Source of the DNA: Felis catus
Lineage: Eukaryota
Reading direction: 5' to 3'
Length of the DNA stretch: 64,000 nt
Assembly: GCF_018350175.1 (NCBI RefSeq)
Contig: NC_058368.1
Span: forward strand, 132,620,001-132,684,000
Shown here: in pieces, positions 1-13,503 of the stretch
Layout: the number at the start of each line of letters is the position of its first letter
How positions within the stretch are numbered: the stretch's first letter is position 1
The notes under the pieces: generated by a model
What the model was told of the DNA's origin: nothing
What the model saw: the letters and a program-made list of their open reading frames with translations, nothing else
Databases searched by the model: none
Program-made: the position numbers and the translations under genes

Positions 1-180
1 TCCGACTTCAGCCAGGTCACGATCTCGCGGTCCGTGAGTTTGAGCCCCGCGTCAGGCTCTGGGCTGATGGCTCAGAGCCTGGAGCCTGTTTCCGATTCTG
101 TGTCTCCCTCTCTCTCTGCCCCTCCCCCGTTCATGCCCTGTCTCTCTCTGTCCCAAAAATAAATAAACGTTGAAAAAAAA
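1..180 (+). mobile_element. Feline CAN-SINE (SINEC_Fc-like), cut by the window edge
   Basis: cttcagccaggtcacgatctcgcggtccgtgag... body, CT-rich stretch, aataaa and A tail. Confidence 0.9.
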
Positions 181-185
181 CCACT

Positions 186-360
186 AAAAATAGAACTACC
201 CTACGACCCAGCAATGGCACTGCTAGGCATTTATCCATGGGATACAGGTGTGCTGTTTCGAAGGGACACATGCACCCCCATGTTTATAGCAGCACTATCA
301 ACAATAGCCAAAGTATGGAAAGAGCCCAAATGTCCATTAATGGATGACTGGATAAAGAAA
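186..360 (+). mobile_element. L1 ORF2 3' fragment
   Basis: Encodes [30 protein letters not shown], as in the full-length L1. Confidence 0.88.
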
Positions 361-1698
361 ATTATATGTAAAAAAAAAGAAATTATATTTTTAAAATAGC
401 AAGTCAAAAATGCTTACAGTTAAACACAATCAGAGAGAAAAAGTAAGACAGGCGTCAAAAAAAAAAAAAAAAAAAAAAAAGCTCTACTTAAACAGAGTGC
501 AAAAAGTCAATTTGAGCTTTCTGGGAGGTAAAGAAAAATTCTGATCTCTTTAGTACTAAGTCACCAGTGACAAGAGCTAAGGAGTGAGCACCTCCAAGTG
601 TTGTCTCCAGCAGAGGCCTCTTGGGCATCTAGGAGTTAAAGAAGTTTAGCTTCAGCCATGGGCATGTCCAGCCACTGAAATGGGGTTCCCTAAGGAGGCC
701 AGAAACCCAGGCAATGAAAGAACCATAGCAACTGAAGTGAAGAAAAGGGGAATTCTCTGATGAGGAGTGCAGGGACACGTCACTATCTCCTTATATCTTT
801 GTTATATAATTAGAATTCATCTGTGTGATAACTGCATTATTCTTTTTCCAAGAATAGAAAGAGAGAACAGTTTACTGCCAAACTGCCATCTTCATTGCAA
901 CTCTCAGAACCTCTTCTCACAAGTCCTAGAAACAGTCAATGTGGTATTCTCAGCAATGTCCCTGCCAGGCTTAAATATATACTACATGATTCAGCCTCTC
1001 TCCTGAGTGCCTCCTTCTGTACTGAAGCTTGAATACAGAACTAGAATAACAAAATGAGTTCATGAGGCATCAAAATGTAACCAAAAAACACATGGGAGAT
1101 CACCCTGGGGCCCTAAACTCAGTCACCTTAAAATTTTCAAATTTATGGTCATGTTCCCTGAAAAGGCCAGAAACCAGAGACGATGTAAACAGTTCTCAAG
1201 AGCAGACATCAGAAACTTGGTTTTCAGTGTTACGTTTGCACATTGAGCCTGAACCTTCCCTTGTTTTAAAGAGGCCTTACAATGGCCAATTTGATGAAAT
1301 CTGCTTCAAAGTGATGATTCAATTTCTGATGAATCTATTTCTACGTAGTTGCTGCGTAAGCAGGAAAATCTTGTTTTTATCTTTTATTCAATGCTTTAGG
1401 GGAATGTTAATACAGATGTCAGAAATCTAAAAATGCTCAGATAATATAAAGGACTTAAAAAGTACATCATTAAATATAAAAGAAGGTGAGAGAATGAGAA
1501 TAGCTACTAATATGAAAATCTAAAAGCACATTAAAAGAGTTATATTTTAGTTCCCAAATCATATCCATGTGAACTATCTACCTTACACCTAGGGAGAAGT
1601 TAGGTACTTAAAGGCCTGGCCCATAAAATATTAAGAACTCAACATAATATTGTAGTCATATTTAAATCAGATACTAATAGAAAACAATGACAGCTTAC

Positions 1699-1802
1699 CT
1701 TACAGAAGGAATTGCTGAACATTTCTGTCAAAGGCTGTGAAACTGCAAGATGAGTATCTTCTGGGCTGATTTTAAAAACTGTCTCCAAGCACTGAATTGC
1801 AA
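1699..1802 (-). CDS. SGTB: SGTB coding exon (second coding exon, 104 nt)
   Basis: Minus-strand translation (V)AIQCLETVFKISPEDTHLAVSQPLTEMFSNSFCK matches the SGT-beta N-terminal region; acceptor ttcaag| at 1803-1804, donor |GTAAGC from 1698; phase 1 start fits the upstream 100-nt coding exon. Confidence 0.96.
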
Positions 1803-2397
1803 CTTGAAATAAATTTGAATAGTGAAAAAGAAAATTAGCAACCTAAAAAAAGAAACAACCTCTTTTTTTCTGGTAGAAATCTGCACTCCGTGCAATCTGT
1901 GGTAATTCAGTATTTATGATCACAGAACATAAGGAAAACTAAATGGTTCAGCTACATAGAGACTTCTGTTTATAGATCAGCTGTTGAAGGAAGACAACTT
2001 GATTTCTTATTCCTCACTTAAAGAAAGATGTTACCTAGAATATAATTTCTCAATATATCTATTACATCATATTCTTGCTGAAGCCAGTCACTAACAGTAA
2101 GTTATTCCTCCCTGCCAATATCTATTATCCACCAATGTTCTAATGTTTTGAATAAAACAAACAAAAAAAATCTTCTTTCTTTTATGTGAGAAACAGAATT
2201 CTCAACCTGACCAAAAACAGTAACAGAAACAGCACTAAATATTAATCCTGGTATATTTACTTAGATAGATAGGCTGGCTTTAAAATTCATTCATGCATAC
2301 AAATTTACCCTAAGCACCTACTACGTGCAAGATGGTAGAAATACAGCAGTTAATCTAAAGACAAAAATCACTATTCATGTGATGAAGCTTACATTTA

Positions 2398-2616
2398 TTT
2401 TTTTTTTATTTTTATTTTTTTTTATTTTTTGGGACAGAGAGAGACAGAGCATGAACGGGGGAGGGGCAGAGGGAGAGGGAAACACAGAACCGGAAACAGG
2501 CTCCAGGCTCTGAGCCATCAGCCCAGAGCCCGACGGCAGGGCTCGAACCCACGGACCACGAGATCGTGACCTGGCTGAAGTCGGAGGCTTAACCGACTGC
2601 GCCACCCAGGCGCCCC
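2398..2616 (-). mobile_element. Feline CAN-SINE with TSD
   Basis: Near-consensus body; TSD tgaagcttacattta 2383-2397 / 2617-2631. Confidence 0.93.
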
Positions 2617-2920
2617 TGAAGCTTACATTTAATAGAAGGAGTCAGAGAAACACAAAAGTACACAGCATGTTAAATGGTGATAAGGTGTGTCATCTGCATT
2701 TGGTATATAACAAGATAACTGATATAGCGAGGGTATGGACAGGGTAGAAAGACATGATGGGAGGTGATGCTAGAAAGCAAGTCTGTTATTGGATGACAAG
2801 GCACCTCACATAACATTCTTAAAGAATGTGCACTTCACACTACGGGCAAATGGAGAGCCATTAAAGAACTCAGTGAAGGAGAATAACATAACTGGATTTG
2901 TGTTTAGAACTACAAGTCTG

Positions 2921-3329
2921 TGAATGGATAAAGAAGATGTGGTGGATATATAAAATGGAGTATTACTTGGCAATCAAAAAGAATGAAATCTTGCCATTTG
3001 CAACTACGTGGATGGAACTAAAGGGTATTATGCTAAGTGACATTAGTCAGAGAAAGACAAGTGTCATATGACTTCACTCATATGAGTACTTTAAGACACA
3101 GAACAGATGAACATAAGGGAAGGGAAGCAAAAATAATATAAAAAGAGGGAGGGGACAAAACATAAGAGACTCTTAAATATGGAGAACAAACAGAGGGGTT
3201 ATGGGAGGGGGGATGGGCTAAATGGGCAAGGGGCATTAAGGAATCTACTCCTGAAATTATTGTTGCACTATCTGCTAATTTGGATGTAAATTTAAAAAAC
3301 AAAATTAATTTAAAAAAGAAAAAAAAAAA
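2921..3329 (+). mobile_element. 5'-truncated carnivore L1 3' end
   Basis: L1 ORF2 end and 3'UTR with A tail; TSD agaactacaagtctg 2906-2920 / 3330-3344. Confidence 0.92.
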
Positions 3330-3991
3330 AGAACTACAAGTCTGATAGGAATGCAGAGAATGAATTAGAATAAGACAAGCTGAAGGAGAAAATGGAAGCA
3401 GAAAACCAAGTGGGTTCTTACTTAAACGATCTAAACATAAGGAGTCCAAACCAGGGCAATCACAGGGAAGAAAGATAACCTGTCCTCTCTACAAGTACTC
3501 ACTGAGGTGAATGGAGGCAGATTCTCATCTTGAGAATTCTCTCCTTTGAAAAGGAGTTCTCTCCTGGCTCCACAAGATGAGAATGTAGCCACAGTGTCCA
3601 GTGTACTTCCAAGCAGTATGGAATAGATTCACAAATATTTATGTATGACTTTCATTATTATTTGTATGCAATATATTTAAACTAAAAACACAACAGAACA
3701 AAAACACTTCACCCGTTACTCTCACCTCCATGCCCCACCTCTGACAACCACCAATCTCTTTTCTGTATCTATGTGCTTGCTTTGTTTATTTATTAGCATT
3801 GCACATATAAGAGAGATCATAGAGTATTCATCACCCTCTGTCTGATTATAGATTCATTGATACTTGTGTATGACTTTTAAAGGATACATTATGTATTAAT
3901 TATGGCCCTGAGAAAAACACCTCTGTCATAATAGAAATACTATTACTATCACTATCCACAGAACAATTCTCCTTAGAAAAGGGACTGAATT

Positions 3992-4408
3992 GGGGCACCT
4001 GGGTGGCTCAGTCACTTAAGCGTCCAACTTTGGCTCAGGTCATGATCTCATGGTTTGTGAGTCTGAGCCCTGTATCAGGCTTTCTGCTCTCAGCAAAGAG
4101 CCAGCTTCAGATCCTCTCCCTCTCTCTCTGCCCCTCCCCTGCACGCGCTTTCTCTCCCTATCAAAAATAAATAAACATTGGGGCACCTGGGTGGCTCAGT
4201 GGGTTAAGTGTCTGACTTCAGCTGGGGTCATGATCTCGCGGTCTGTGAGTTCAAGCCCTGCATCAGGCTCTGTGCTGACAGCTAGAGCCTGGAGCCTGTT
4301 TCAGATTCTGTGGCTCCCTCTCTCTCTGCCCCTCTTCCGCTCACACTCTTGTCTCTCTCTCTCAAAAATATAAACATTAAAAAATTTTTAAATAAATAAA
4401 TAAACACT
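3992..4408 (+). mobile_element. Two tandem CAN-SINEs (3992-4178, 4180-4408)
   Basis: Two ggggcacctgggtggctcag heads, each with CT tract and aataaa tail. Confidence 0.9.
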
Positions 4409-5254
4409 AATAAGCAACTAAGTTACCAACCACAAGAAGTCAGAGTGCCTTTAACATAGAAAATAATCTGCTGTTTACCCATTCCTCATCCTCTCAATTT
4501 CTATTCTTGCCTAGCACTTGTTTTCACACTTTAGTTGCTCCAGCACTAAAAACATTGGGCTACAAGAAAATATGCTCCCGCTGCCATGAAGTCAGTTAAT
4601 GTAAACCACAACAATAATAATGGTAAATGTGTCTGTTTATGTGTATATATTGATTCTTGATCAATATCTTTCCTCCCTGATCAGACTGGTCATTTCCTTT
4701 ACTGTACCATGTAAACTCATACTGGTACATGTTTCTATTATTTTACTTATCATACTATAGGACATGCTCTTAAATGTCTATCTCCCACATTAGACTGTCT
4801 CCATGAGGATAAGGCCTATACCTTATTCATCTCTGACTTTAACATATATGGCAAATAGTAGGTATTCAATAAAGTTAATCTACTTCTTTGTTTACAATGG
4901 AAGGATAGTTAAATTACAGAGGAAATAACAACAATAAAATCTGTAGAGTAGGGCCCTTCTGCGCTCCAGAACATTAGTTCACAGCCACGGGAAAAAAGGA
5001 TAGTCCACAACCAAGTCTTTAACCAAAAACCAGAGTATGTAACTTCAGTGCTAAACACTGACAGGTGAAAAGTCCATGTGGTAACTAAGGGATTTTTATG
5101 CTCTATCTTGTTGAGGCAATTCAGTCTAGCTCCTTTATCTCTGTGGCCACTGATCTTAAAACACATGTCTTGTACATACTAGACACAATTAAATATCATT
5201 AAAGGAGGTGGATGTTTTGTTTTAAACACAATTATTTGCTGTGTGTTTTTTCAA

Positions 5255-5650
5255 ACCGCTTTACTGAAGTATGGTTGACATATGAAAAGCTATTCATATT
5301 TAACATCTATAACTCGATGAATTTGAGGATCAGTATACACCTGTGGAACCATTACCACCATTGAATCCAGAGACATACTCATCACCTCCCAAAGTTTGCT
5401 CTTATCACTTTTATTATGTGTGTTGTAAGAACACTTAACCTAGGTTCTATATTCCTACCAAATTTTAAGTATATAACAACTGATGATAAGCACTGTGAAG
5501 AGTAGTAAGCCTCTAGAACTTGATTATCTTGCATAAGTGAAACTTTGTACTCTTTGACAATCACCTCCCCATTTTCTCCTTCCCCGGCTCTGGCAACCAC
5601 CATTCTGCTCCCTGCTTCTATGAGTTTGACTATTTTAGATTCTCTGTATA
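5255..5650 (-). mobile_element. Old L1M-type 3'UTR fragment
   Basis: Typical motifs such as ctggcaaccaccattctgc and ctatgagtttgactattttagat. Confidence 0.7.
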
Positions 5651-6874
5651 AGCAAAAAGAATTGTTTGATAGGTAAACCTAGCTGCCAAAGTGTTTAACC
5701 TTGATGATGTTAGTGTAGATGGATAGATTGAGGCAAAGGCCCAACTGGAACGGGTTCAAGAAAAAAGAGAAGGAGGGGAATTAGAAAAGGCATAGACTGC
5801 TCTTTCAAAGAGTTTTCCAGCAAAAGGAAGACAAAAAAGCATGAAGTATTATGTGGGGTGAGGGTAATATGGCAAAAACTCAGGACTACCTTATTATTTA
5901 TCCAGCCAAAAAAAATTAAATAACCTAGGTACAATAATTTATCTTACTTTTACCTCAAGATTCTCACTTATGAAACAAGGATTATTACATTCAATCCTCC
6001 TTTGAGGAGGTCGTACTCATGAATAAGTCGTACGCTATAAACAAATACTGTATATAAATATTGTTCCCCTTTAGCACCAAACAATAATAGTGTGTTTGGT
6101 ACTGATGAGGAGAAGGACAGTGAAGAACTCTACTCAACACCTACCACATCCTACCTGTTCAGCACTTTATTCAAAAGTTTCCATACTCTAGTTACCTGCC
6201 ATGACTGATTCTGATTCTCCTAACAAATCTGTCTGATGGAGAAGAGGCAGACAGTTTCCCTCAACAGACTTAGAAATAAAGATATAGTCCAACTAACTGA
6301 TATGCCCAGGATCACTCGATTCATTCAATTCACCAATTCAATTCAACCCATGTTTACTGTACTTACGCTATATTACATGCAGTTCAATGTGTCAGGTACT
6401 TTTGTACATGCGCTAGATAGATTAGTGAATAAAACAGAAAAGATCTCTGACCTCTTGGGGCTGACATTCAGGGACAGGGGTGAAGAGCTAGGCTATAAGC
6501 AATAAAAAGTAGAGAAGGGTGAAGATATGGGAGTATGGAGAGCAAAGCAGGAAAGCAGATTCCAGATGTAACAGCGTGCCCAGGGTACACCTCATTCAGA
6601 AAACAGATTTGACAAAGACTCAAAGAAGATGGGGGTATTACCATTATCTAGAAGAACAACATTCTAAGCAGAAAAAATAACCAGAACAGAAGCCCTTAGG
6701 AAAGAGGATTTTGTGTATTCAGAGTTAGGAAGCCAATTTGCCTAAAGCCAAATGAGAAAGGGGAAGAGTCTGTGAACAACACATCACAGAAGCCTGAGTT
6801 ATATAAATACTTTAAACAATGACTAAGTAGCATGAAGAAGTCACTGCAAGATTTTGAGTAGAGAAATGATAGGC

Positions 6875-7205
6875 TCTTTTTTTTAAGATTTTATTTTTTT
6901 AATTTTTAAGTGTGGGAAAGAGACAGAGACAGAGCATGAGCAGTGGAGGGCAGAGAGAGAGGGAGAGACAAAATCCAAAGCAGGCTCCAGGCTCCGAGCT
7001 GTCAGCACAGAGCCGGACGCGGGGTTCGAGTTCACAAAGTCCAAGATCATGACCTGAGCAGAAGTTGGATGCTTAATGGACTAAGCCATGCAGGCGCCCC
7101 TTAAGATTTTATTTTCATGTAATGTCTACACCCACGTGAGGCTGGAACTTACAACCATGAGATCAAGAGTCGCACATTCCACTGACTGAGCCACCCAGGG
7201 GCCCC
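6875..7205 (-). mobile_element. Two adjacent CAN-SINEs (long type 6875-7100, short type 7101-7205)
   Basis: T-tails and ...caggcgcccc / ...cagggcccc ends. Confidence 0.85.
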
Positions 7206-7689
7206 TGACATACTGTTTTAAAATATCAATGGTAGCTATATTGGGAATAGTCAACAAAGCTGCAAGGACAAAAGCAGAGAGATCAGTTGGAAGCTATTAC
7301 ATTAAAAAAGATGAGAAGTACTTAATTATATCCATGGGTGACATCAGTGGAGATGGGAAGAAACAGTTAAGACTCTAATTTTGAAGGTACAGCCAACAGG
7401 ATTTACTAAATGATTAAAGGCAGAGTCCAAGAGAAAGAGTTCAGAATTCGATGCCCAAGTTTGGGGCCTAAGCAACTGAAAAGATAGAGTTGCCATCAAC
7501 TGAGATAAGGAACAGATTTTGGGTGGGAGGATCAGGAGTTCAGTCTTGGAAATGTTCACTTTGAGATGCCTATTACACATAGAAGTAGAGATATCTAGTA
7601 GGCAGTTGGATATAAAAATCTGCAGTTCAGAAGGAAGGTCTTAGTTAAATGCCAAGAAACTGAATGACATCATCAAAAAAGTAAGTGTA

Positions 7690-7908
7690 GGGGCACCTGG
7701 GTGGCTCAGTCAGTTAACTGTCCAACTTCGGCACAGGACATGATTTTATGGTTTGTGAGTTCAAGCCCCGTGTCAGGCTCTGTGCTGACAGCTCAGAGCC
7801 TGGAGCCTGCTTGGGATTCTGTGTCTCCTTCTCTCTCTCCCCCTCCCTCACTCACACTCTGTCTCTCTTTGTCTCTCAAAAATGAATAAACGTTTTAAAA
7901 AAAAAAAC
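7690..7908 (+). mobile_element. CAN-SINE
   Basis: ggggcacctgggtggctcag head, CT tract, A tail. Confidence 0.9.
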
Positions 7909-8594
7909 ATAAGCATAGATAATGAAGAGAAGATCAAGCACTAGACCTTGGGCACTCCAGGTCAGGGAAGAGATGAGAAACTAGCAAAGGAGACAGAAGG
8001 AGCAAGCAATAAGAAGAAAACCAAGAGAATGTGAGGAGGTATCCTGGAAGCCAAGTGAATCAAATATATGACAGCGGGGCAGGGGTGGGGGCTGTGAGAT
8101 GAGGGATATCATCAGCTTTATCAACAGCAGCTAAAAAGACACATGAAGACTGACAACTGATCACTGAACTAAATAACTCAGCAATTACTGATGACTTTGA
8201 TGAGAAGACTATGGGTGGAGAGGCTGAAGCAAAGGCCAAACTGGAATGGGTACAAGAAAGAATAAGAGAGGAATTTTAAAAAGTATAGATAATTCTTTCA
8301 ACGAGGTTTCTAGCAAAAGCAAGACAATAAAAGTAGGCAGTAGTTTGGAAGTAGGGGGTAATATGGCAAGAGTAATTAGCTGTTGTTTTTGTTTTTTTAG
8401 GAAGTGAGAAACAATGAAAAGTATATTCTGATAAAAATGATCCAACACAGAGTGAAAATTTGCTGATGTAAGACAAGAAGGGTAGAATAACTAGAGCGAT
8501 ATCCCAGAGTAGGTGAGACAGGATGGAATCAGACCCAGTGTGCCAGTAAAGAGGTTCCACTTAGAAAAGACAATGGATAGTTCATCTGTGGTAT

Positions 8595-8925
8595 CTTAAT
8601 CTTGTTTTAGCCTCTCTAACAGAATACCATAGACTGGGTGGCTTATAAGCAACAGAAATGTATTTCTCATAGTTCTGGAGGCTGGGAAGTCCAAGATTAA
8701 GGTGCTGGTAAATTCAATGTCTAATGAGAACCTGCCTTCTGGTTCATCGATGGTACCTCTTCACTGTGTCCTCACATGGTAGAAAGAGTAAAGGAATTCT
8801 TTGGGGTCACTTTATAAGAGCACTAACTTCAATCATGAAGGCTCCACCTCCTAATACCCTCACACTGGGCATTAGATTTCAACATATGAATTTTGAGAAA
8901 ACACAAACATTTAGTCCATAGTATA
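8595..8925. mobile_element. MaLR solo LTR (MLT1A/B-like)
   Basis: aataccatagactgggtggcttata...tctcatagttctggaggctgggaagtccaagat motif. Confidence 0.8.
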
Positions 8926-9567
8926 TAATAGTTAGCCAAGCAAGCAGAATATGTAGGGGTGTACAGGCTGGTGGGTGGGTAGGTGGGGTAGGGGGAGTCT
9001 GTGGAAGTTGTTTTCTTATTCCTTCAATTATCTTGGTAGGGTAAGAAGGAAGCTCATGAACTAAAAGTGAGTACAGAGGAGGAGATTTCAGAGTTTGAGA
9101 AGATGGGAGAAAGTGTTAAAGTGGTGGTCTAGGAGAGCAAAGTGTGAATGAACTTGGAAGAGACAGTGTGATTGCCAGGCAGCATGACAGGTCCACTTGA
9201 GGCTCATGATGATGAAATCAAAGTGGGATCAATTGGCAAAGTTATAGGTTTTGCTCCATCTATACAAAGTCACATGGACATGAGCACAGAGTAGGTGGAG
9301 AGCTAAATTTAAACAAGGTTGGGTTTTACAAGAAAGGGAGAGATGTACAATGCATGAACATAATTATGAACCATGGTATTTAAATGGGGTAAGAAAAGGG
9401 GTATGAAAGGTAAGGGATCAACATACTGGAGGTATCGGTAGGGTCAAGAATTGTTGAGGTAGCGATTTTAGAGGGAGTGAGTTGGAAAGACAGGCAGTAG
9501 TGGTCAGGAAGTGTTATGTTGACGATAGAGATTATGGGGAGAATGCAGTTTCAGTAATGATAATGTC

Positions 9568-9756
9568 CAGGGAAGAGTTTCTCACCCTTGGCACTGCTGA
9601 CATTTTGGACTTTGTTCTGGGGTCCATCCTGTGCATTATAGTATGTTTAGCAATTTCCAAGGCCTCTATCCACTAGGTGCCATAAAGCAGCCCCCCACTG
9701 GTGACAATCAAAAATATCTCCAGATGTTGCAAAATCATCCTGAGTTGAGAACCACT
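9568..9756. mobile_element. MER20-like hAT-Charlie element
   Basis: tttctcacccttggcactgctgacattttgg ... gttgagaaccact termini. Confidence 0.8.
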
Positions 9757-11441
9757 AGTCTAGGGTATGGCCAAACAGCTGAGTGGTTGAGATCACTGGA
9801 GGAAAGGCCAAGTATTGAGAGAACTCAAAGAATCACCTATGAGTACACTGCAACTGCCAAGAATTAAGACAGGAGTAGTACTAGAAAGAGTGACAGAGGG
9901 CAGGAGCCACATGAAGTAGATGTTGGTAGATGATGACAATTAGATGTGGGTGACAAAATCTGATGAAAAAGCTCAAAGCTGATAAGGCTATAATTCTTCA
10001 CCACTATGGTAAGGCTGGTGCTAGAACTCAGGCTCCTTTCCTAGAGCTTTTTTAAATGTCTAGAAGGTGGGCAGACTTCTCCACATGATTTCATACTCAA
10101 TTAAATTAGACTCACAGAGTCAAAAATAGGGGTCGGTCAAAAACAATTGGCACTATTTCTGACTGCCATACATAACAAACAGATGAAGGCACATATTTTT
10201 GGCTGAAGACCATCCTAAAAATAGGGCATAACATCTTGATTTTTAGAAACCTCTCAATTTTCTTTCTGGCCCTTAAAAGTATTATACTGCTTTGATTAGG
10301 AAAGAAACATCTTTTATTAAATAATTGCATTTATGTGTTTATTACTGAGAAACCATAACCAACACTTTCTTTAGATAACCAGTCACCTTTACCTTCACAT
10401 AGTCTAACTGAGGACAAAAAGATTTTAATATGAAATGAACCAACTGCAATGTTCTCCAACTGTGTGTCACCTGCTCCTCTCACTGCCACCTGGAAAGACA
10501 GCATCTCACCAGATTGCAAGCAGATTTAGAGCAAATGCCGATTTTCATCCCCACCTCTTAAAAGCATATTCACAATGGAAGTGCCTACTGAAATTAATAG
10601 AGGGATCCCCTTTATAGGAGAAATAGCTTCAAGATGACAAAATCAAATTGTATAACTTATTAAATTCTCCCAAATGCACTGTCTCATTGCAATAATTAAG
10701 TCTTTAGGCCACAAGGAAGGTATACTCATTGAACCTCCACAAGCTCATCTGCAGAATTCAATCTTTCCATGGTTATAGTGAATTTAATTTTTATAATGCA
10801 TAAATGTGAAGCAGAAAAGATGGTGTCAAGGAAACACATGATGCTTTCATGCAAGTCTCACTCAACTTTACAGATTACCAAATCTAATATTTAAAGCTTA
10901 CATAAAACAAGGGTAAAATCCTCTCATTTTCAAGTGTCCAAATAGAACGTTGTTAGAGTTTAATTGTGATGTAATTATTAGACTTTTACATACTGCTTTT
11001 ATGATGACTAAGGTATTTTCAAATATCAATCCTAAACGAGATGCTTTCCTATCAGGAAGACACAAGATCTTCAGAATAAAAACCAGGATTTAAATGTCAG
11101 CTTTGCCACATTTCGCTGTTATGTTACTTAATCTATCTGGTTTCATTTATTATCTGTTAAATGAGGATAATACTAACTTGGCAGTTACTATAAAAAAAAA
11201 AATTCCCCAGAGTGTGAACAGCATAGTTCTGACACCTACTAGGTCCTCAATAAGTGAATTACAGTCCTCCTATTGTATTGTTAATTAAAACCAAACAAGC
11301 CTCAGAGAATGGACACAGGATCTCTCTTCTCGAAAGATCAACAAAACATTATCATTTTGTTATTATAGGTCATAAAGTCAGGCTTATAGCTATTTTAGTC
11401 TTTATTTATAATACAAATGAACAAAAAGCGCTCATGCCTAC

Positions 11442-11541
11442 CTTCCAAACTTTCTTGTTCATCCGAAGTATAAGCATCCATCTGACTTTGTTCCCGTAAG
11501 AAACGAATAACTGCATAAACTAAGTGCTTGATAGATGACAT
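11442..11541 (-). CDS. SGTB: SGTB first coding exon (exon spans 11442-11563 including 22 nt of 5'UTR)
   Basis: ATG at 11541-11539; translation MSSIKHLVYAVIRFLREQSQMDAYTSDEQESLE(V) = SGT-beta N-terminus (dimerisation domain); acceptor tttttcttatcaag| at 11564-11565; donor |GTAGGC from 11441. Confidence 0.97.
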
Positions 11542-11844
11542 TTTAAAAGCTTAAATGCTTTTCCTTGATAAGAAAAAGGAAAACACTGATCTAAGTTATT
11601 TTAAAGAATTAGGAAAGTTATAAATAACAAGGGTTATAAACTACATCAAAAGTAAAAAGCAAAAACAAAACCTGCATTACCTTCATTCTTCTTTTAAAAG
11701 TCAGGAGAACACAAAGTATTGTTATGATAATGTATCACATATTTTGATTTATACCCAGTAGTATTAGATTATGTTAAAACTTGCAAAAGTAGAATTTTTC
11801 TCAAACATGTACCACACAAGCTTAGACACTAACTCACTGGATCT

Positions 11845-11915
11845 TTTTTTTTTTTTTTAATTTTTTAACATTTATTTTTTGAGAGACAGAGACAGAGTGT
11901 GAGCAGTGGAGGGGC

Positions 11916-11953
<38 letters not shown>

Positions 11954-12194
11954 TCACTGACTACCTCACTGTATTTTTTTTTTTAATGTTTATTTATTTT
12001 TTGAGAGACAGAGTGTGAGCAGTGAAGGGCAGAGAAAGAGAGGGAGTCACAGAATCCAAAACAGGCTCCAGGCTCCGAACTGCAGGCTCTGAGCTGTCAG
12101 CACAGAGCCCGATGGGGGGCTGGAACCCTCGAACTGTGGGATCATGACCTCAGCAGAAGTCAGACACTTAACCGACTGAGCCACCCATGCGCCC
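11845..12194 (-). mobile_element. CAN-SINE with a duplicated 3' portion
   Basis: Partial copy 11845-11957 followed by a full copy ~11975-12194. Confidence 0.85.
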
Positions 12195-13060
12195 CATTGT
12201 CTCATTATATCTTAACAGTATATATGGTACAGATACGGATAAGGACAGGGGTACAGATACAGAAGTAGAAATCCCCAAAAGGCCTCAGTACTATGTTGAG
12301 GGAGATTTCATACTGCTGACTCAGATGCTCATCTACAATAAGCATCTTCGTCTATTTCATGAGATTTTTTTTTAATGTATGCATAATTTACACTGCACCA
12401 ACTTTTTTAGGCTGAGACTGTTACTTGAGGAGGAAGTATATTAAGGAAAGGGTGTTCAACTATTGAGTGTCATTCTTAATAAAAATAGCATTTCTATTTA
12501 ATCTAGATATGTCGGAAAATCATTGCCTAAATCGATGGATACTACACACCGACCAGTGCTCTCTGCAGTAGCTGTGCTCTCGTGGACAAGCTGGAAGCTC
12601 CCGGTCATGTTCATTCACATGGAATACTATCGCATCCAAACAGTGGCGCAGGGCCAGCCGGCATTAATGGCTTATTTCCACTAAATCGCATCATCCATCT
12701 GTTCTCCAGGTTCCCTAATCCAAAGCCAGGGTGTGGTACCCGCCGCCAGGATGTTTATTATTTCTAGGCTTATTCTAAAGGCAAGCCCAGTCTTTAGGCC
12801 ATGGGGTTGCAAGTATTAAATAAGGCCCCAGGGCAGAAGGTGAAAAAAGAATGGGGAGTGAAGAAGGTGAGGAGGGGAAACGAAGACAGCCAATCTCCTC
12901 CCGTCTTCTCCCCCTTCTTCTCCCCGTAACACATCGACCTCCTACCTCCCTTGGGTACCCGGGCCTCGCTTCGGCCCAGACGGGGTTTGATGCGGGTGCG
13001 CGGTGCAGGCCCCACCTGGGGCGGCAGGAGACGCACCCATCCCAGACAGAAGCCCCTTAC

Positions 13061-13195
13061 CAGGCAAGAGGACGCGAGATGGTGGCAGCGGGCCCACGGG
13101 CGTCCGTAAACCGGTCCGCCCGCTCGCTGGTCCTCCGAGCTTCAGCCTGGCTCCCGATCGTAGTAGTGCCAGCGGTCGCCAAAACTTCCGCTGCT
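13061..13195 (-). other. SGTB: SGTB non-coding exon 1 (5' boundary approximate)
   Basis: Strong minus-strand donor CTG|GTAAGG at 13061/13060 within the CpG island, upstream of the first coding exon; TSS inferred near the ETS motif at 13184-13190. Confidence 0.7.
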
Positions 13196-13503
13196 CTGGG
13201 GCCGCCGCCGCCCCTCAGCCCACCCGGCTGTGCGCTTTGCTCCCGGCCAGTGGGTCTCGCCAGAACCGCCCCCGGGGCGGTGCCAGGAGCGCGGGGCGGG
13301 GCGCAAGCCGGGGGGCGGGGCCCAAGTGGGCGCCGGCGTGGTGCTGCCGCACGTGGGAGGGCGCGGGCAGGGCTGGCAGCCACCGCCTCTGTTGCCTCCT
13401 CCGCTAGGCCGCCTCTTGGCTCCCGGGCGCCCCGCCTCCCTCAACCCCAAACCGGAGGACAACGCGCCCGCCGCCGCCGCCGCCACCGCCTCTCGGCGCT
13501 CCC

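Larger units (their letters stand above)
6320..9990 (-). mobile_element. Fragmented L2 element interrupted by SINEs, a MaLR LTR and MER20
   Basis: cattcaattca-type L2 tail near 6320; purine-rich L2 body; decayed ORF2 peptides (e.g. HLKVNISKTELLILPPK). Confidence 0.7.

Noticed and set aside
1062..1430. 122-aa plus-strand ORF in an SGTB intron
   Set aside because: No domain similarity, promoter or splice support
5710..8448. Similar peptides at 5710-5934 and 8209-8448 suggesting a duplicated gene segment
   Set aside because: Both look like the same region of decayed L2 copies
13061..13086. GCCACC-ATC near-cognate start in SGTB exon 1, in frame with the main ATG after splicing
   Set aside because: An in-frame TAA in the exon 2 leader closes the frame before the ATG, so there is no N-terminal extension; at most a weak uORF
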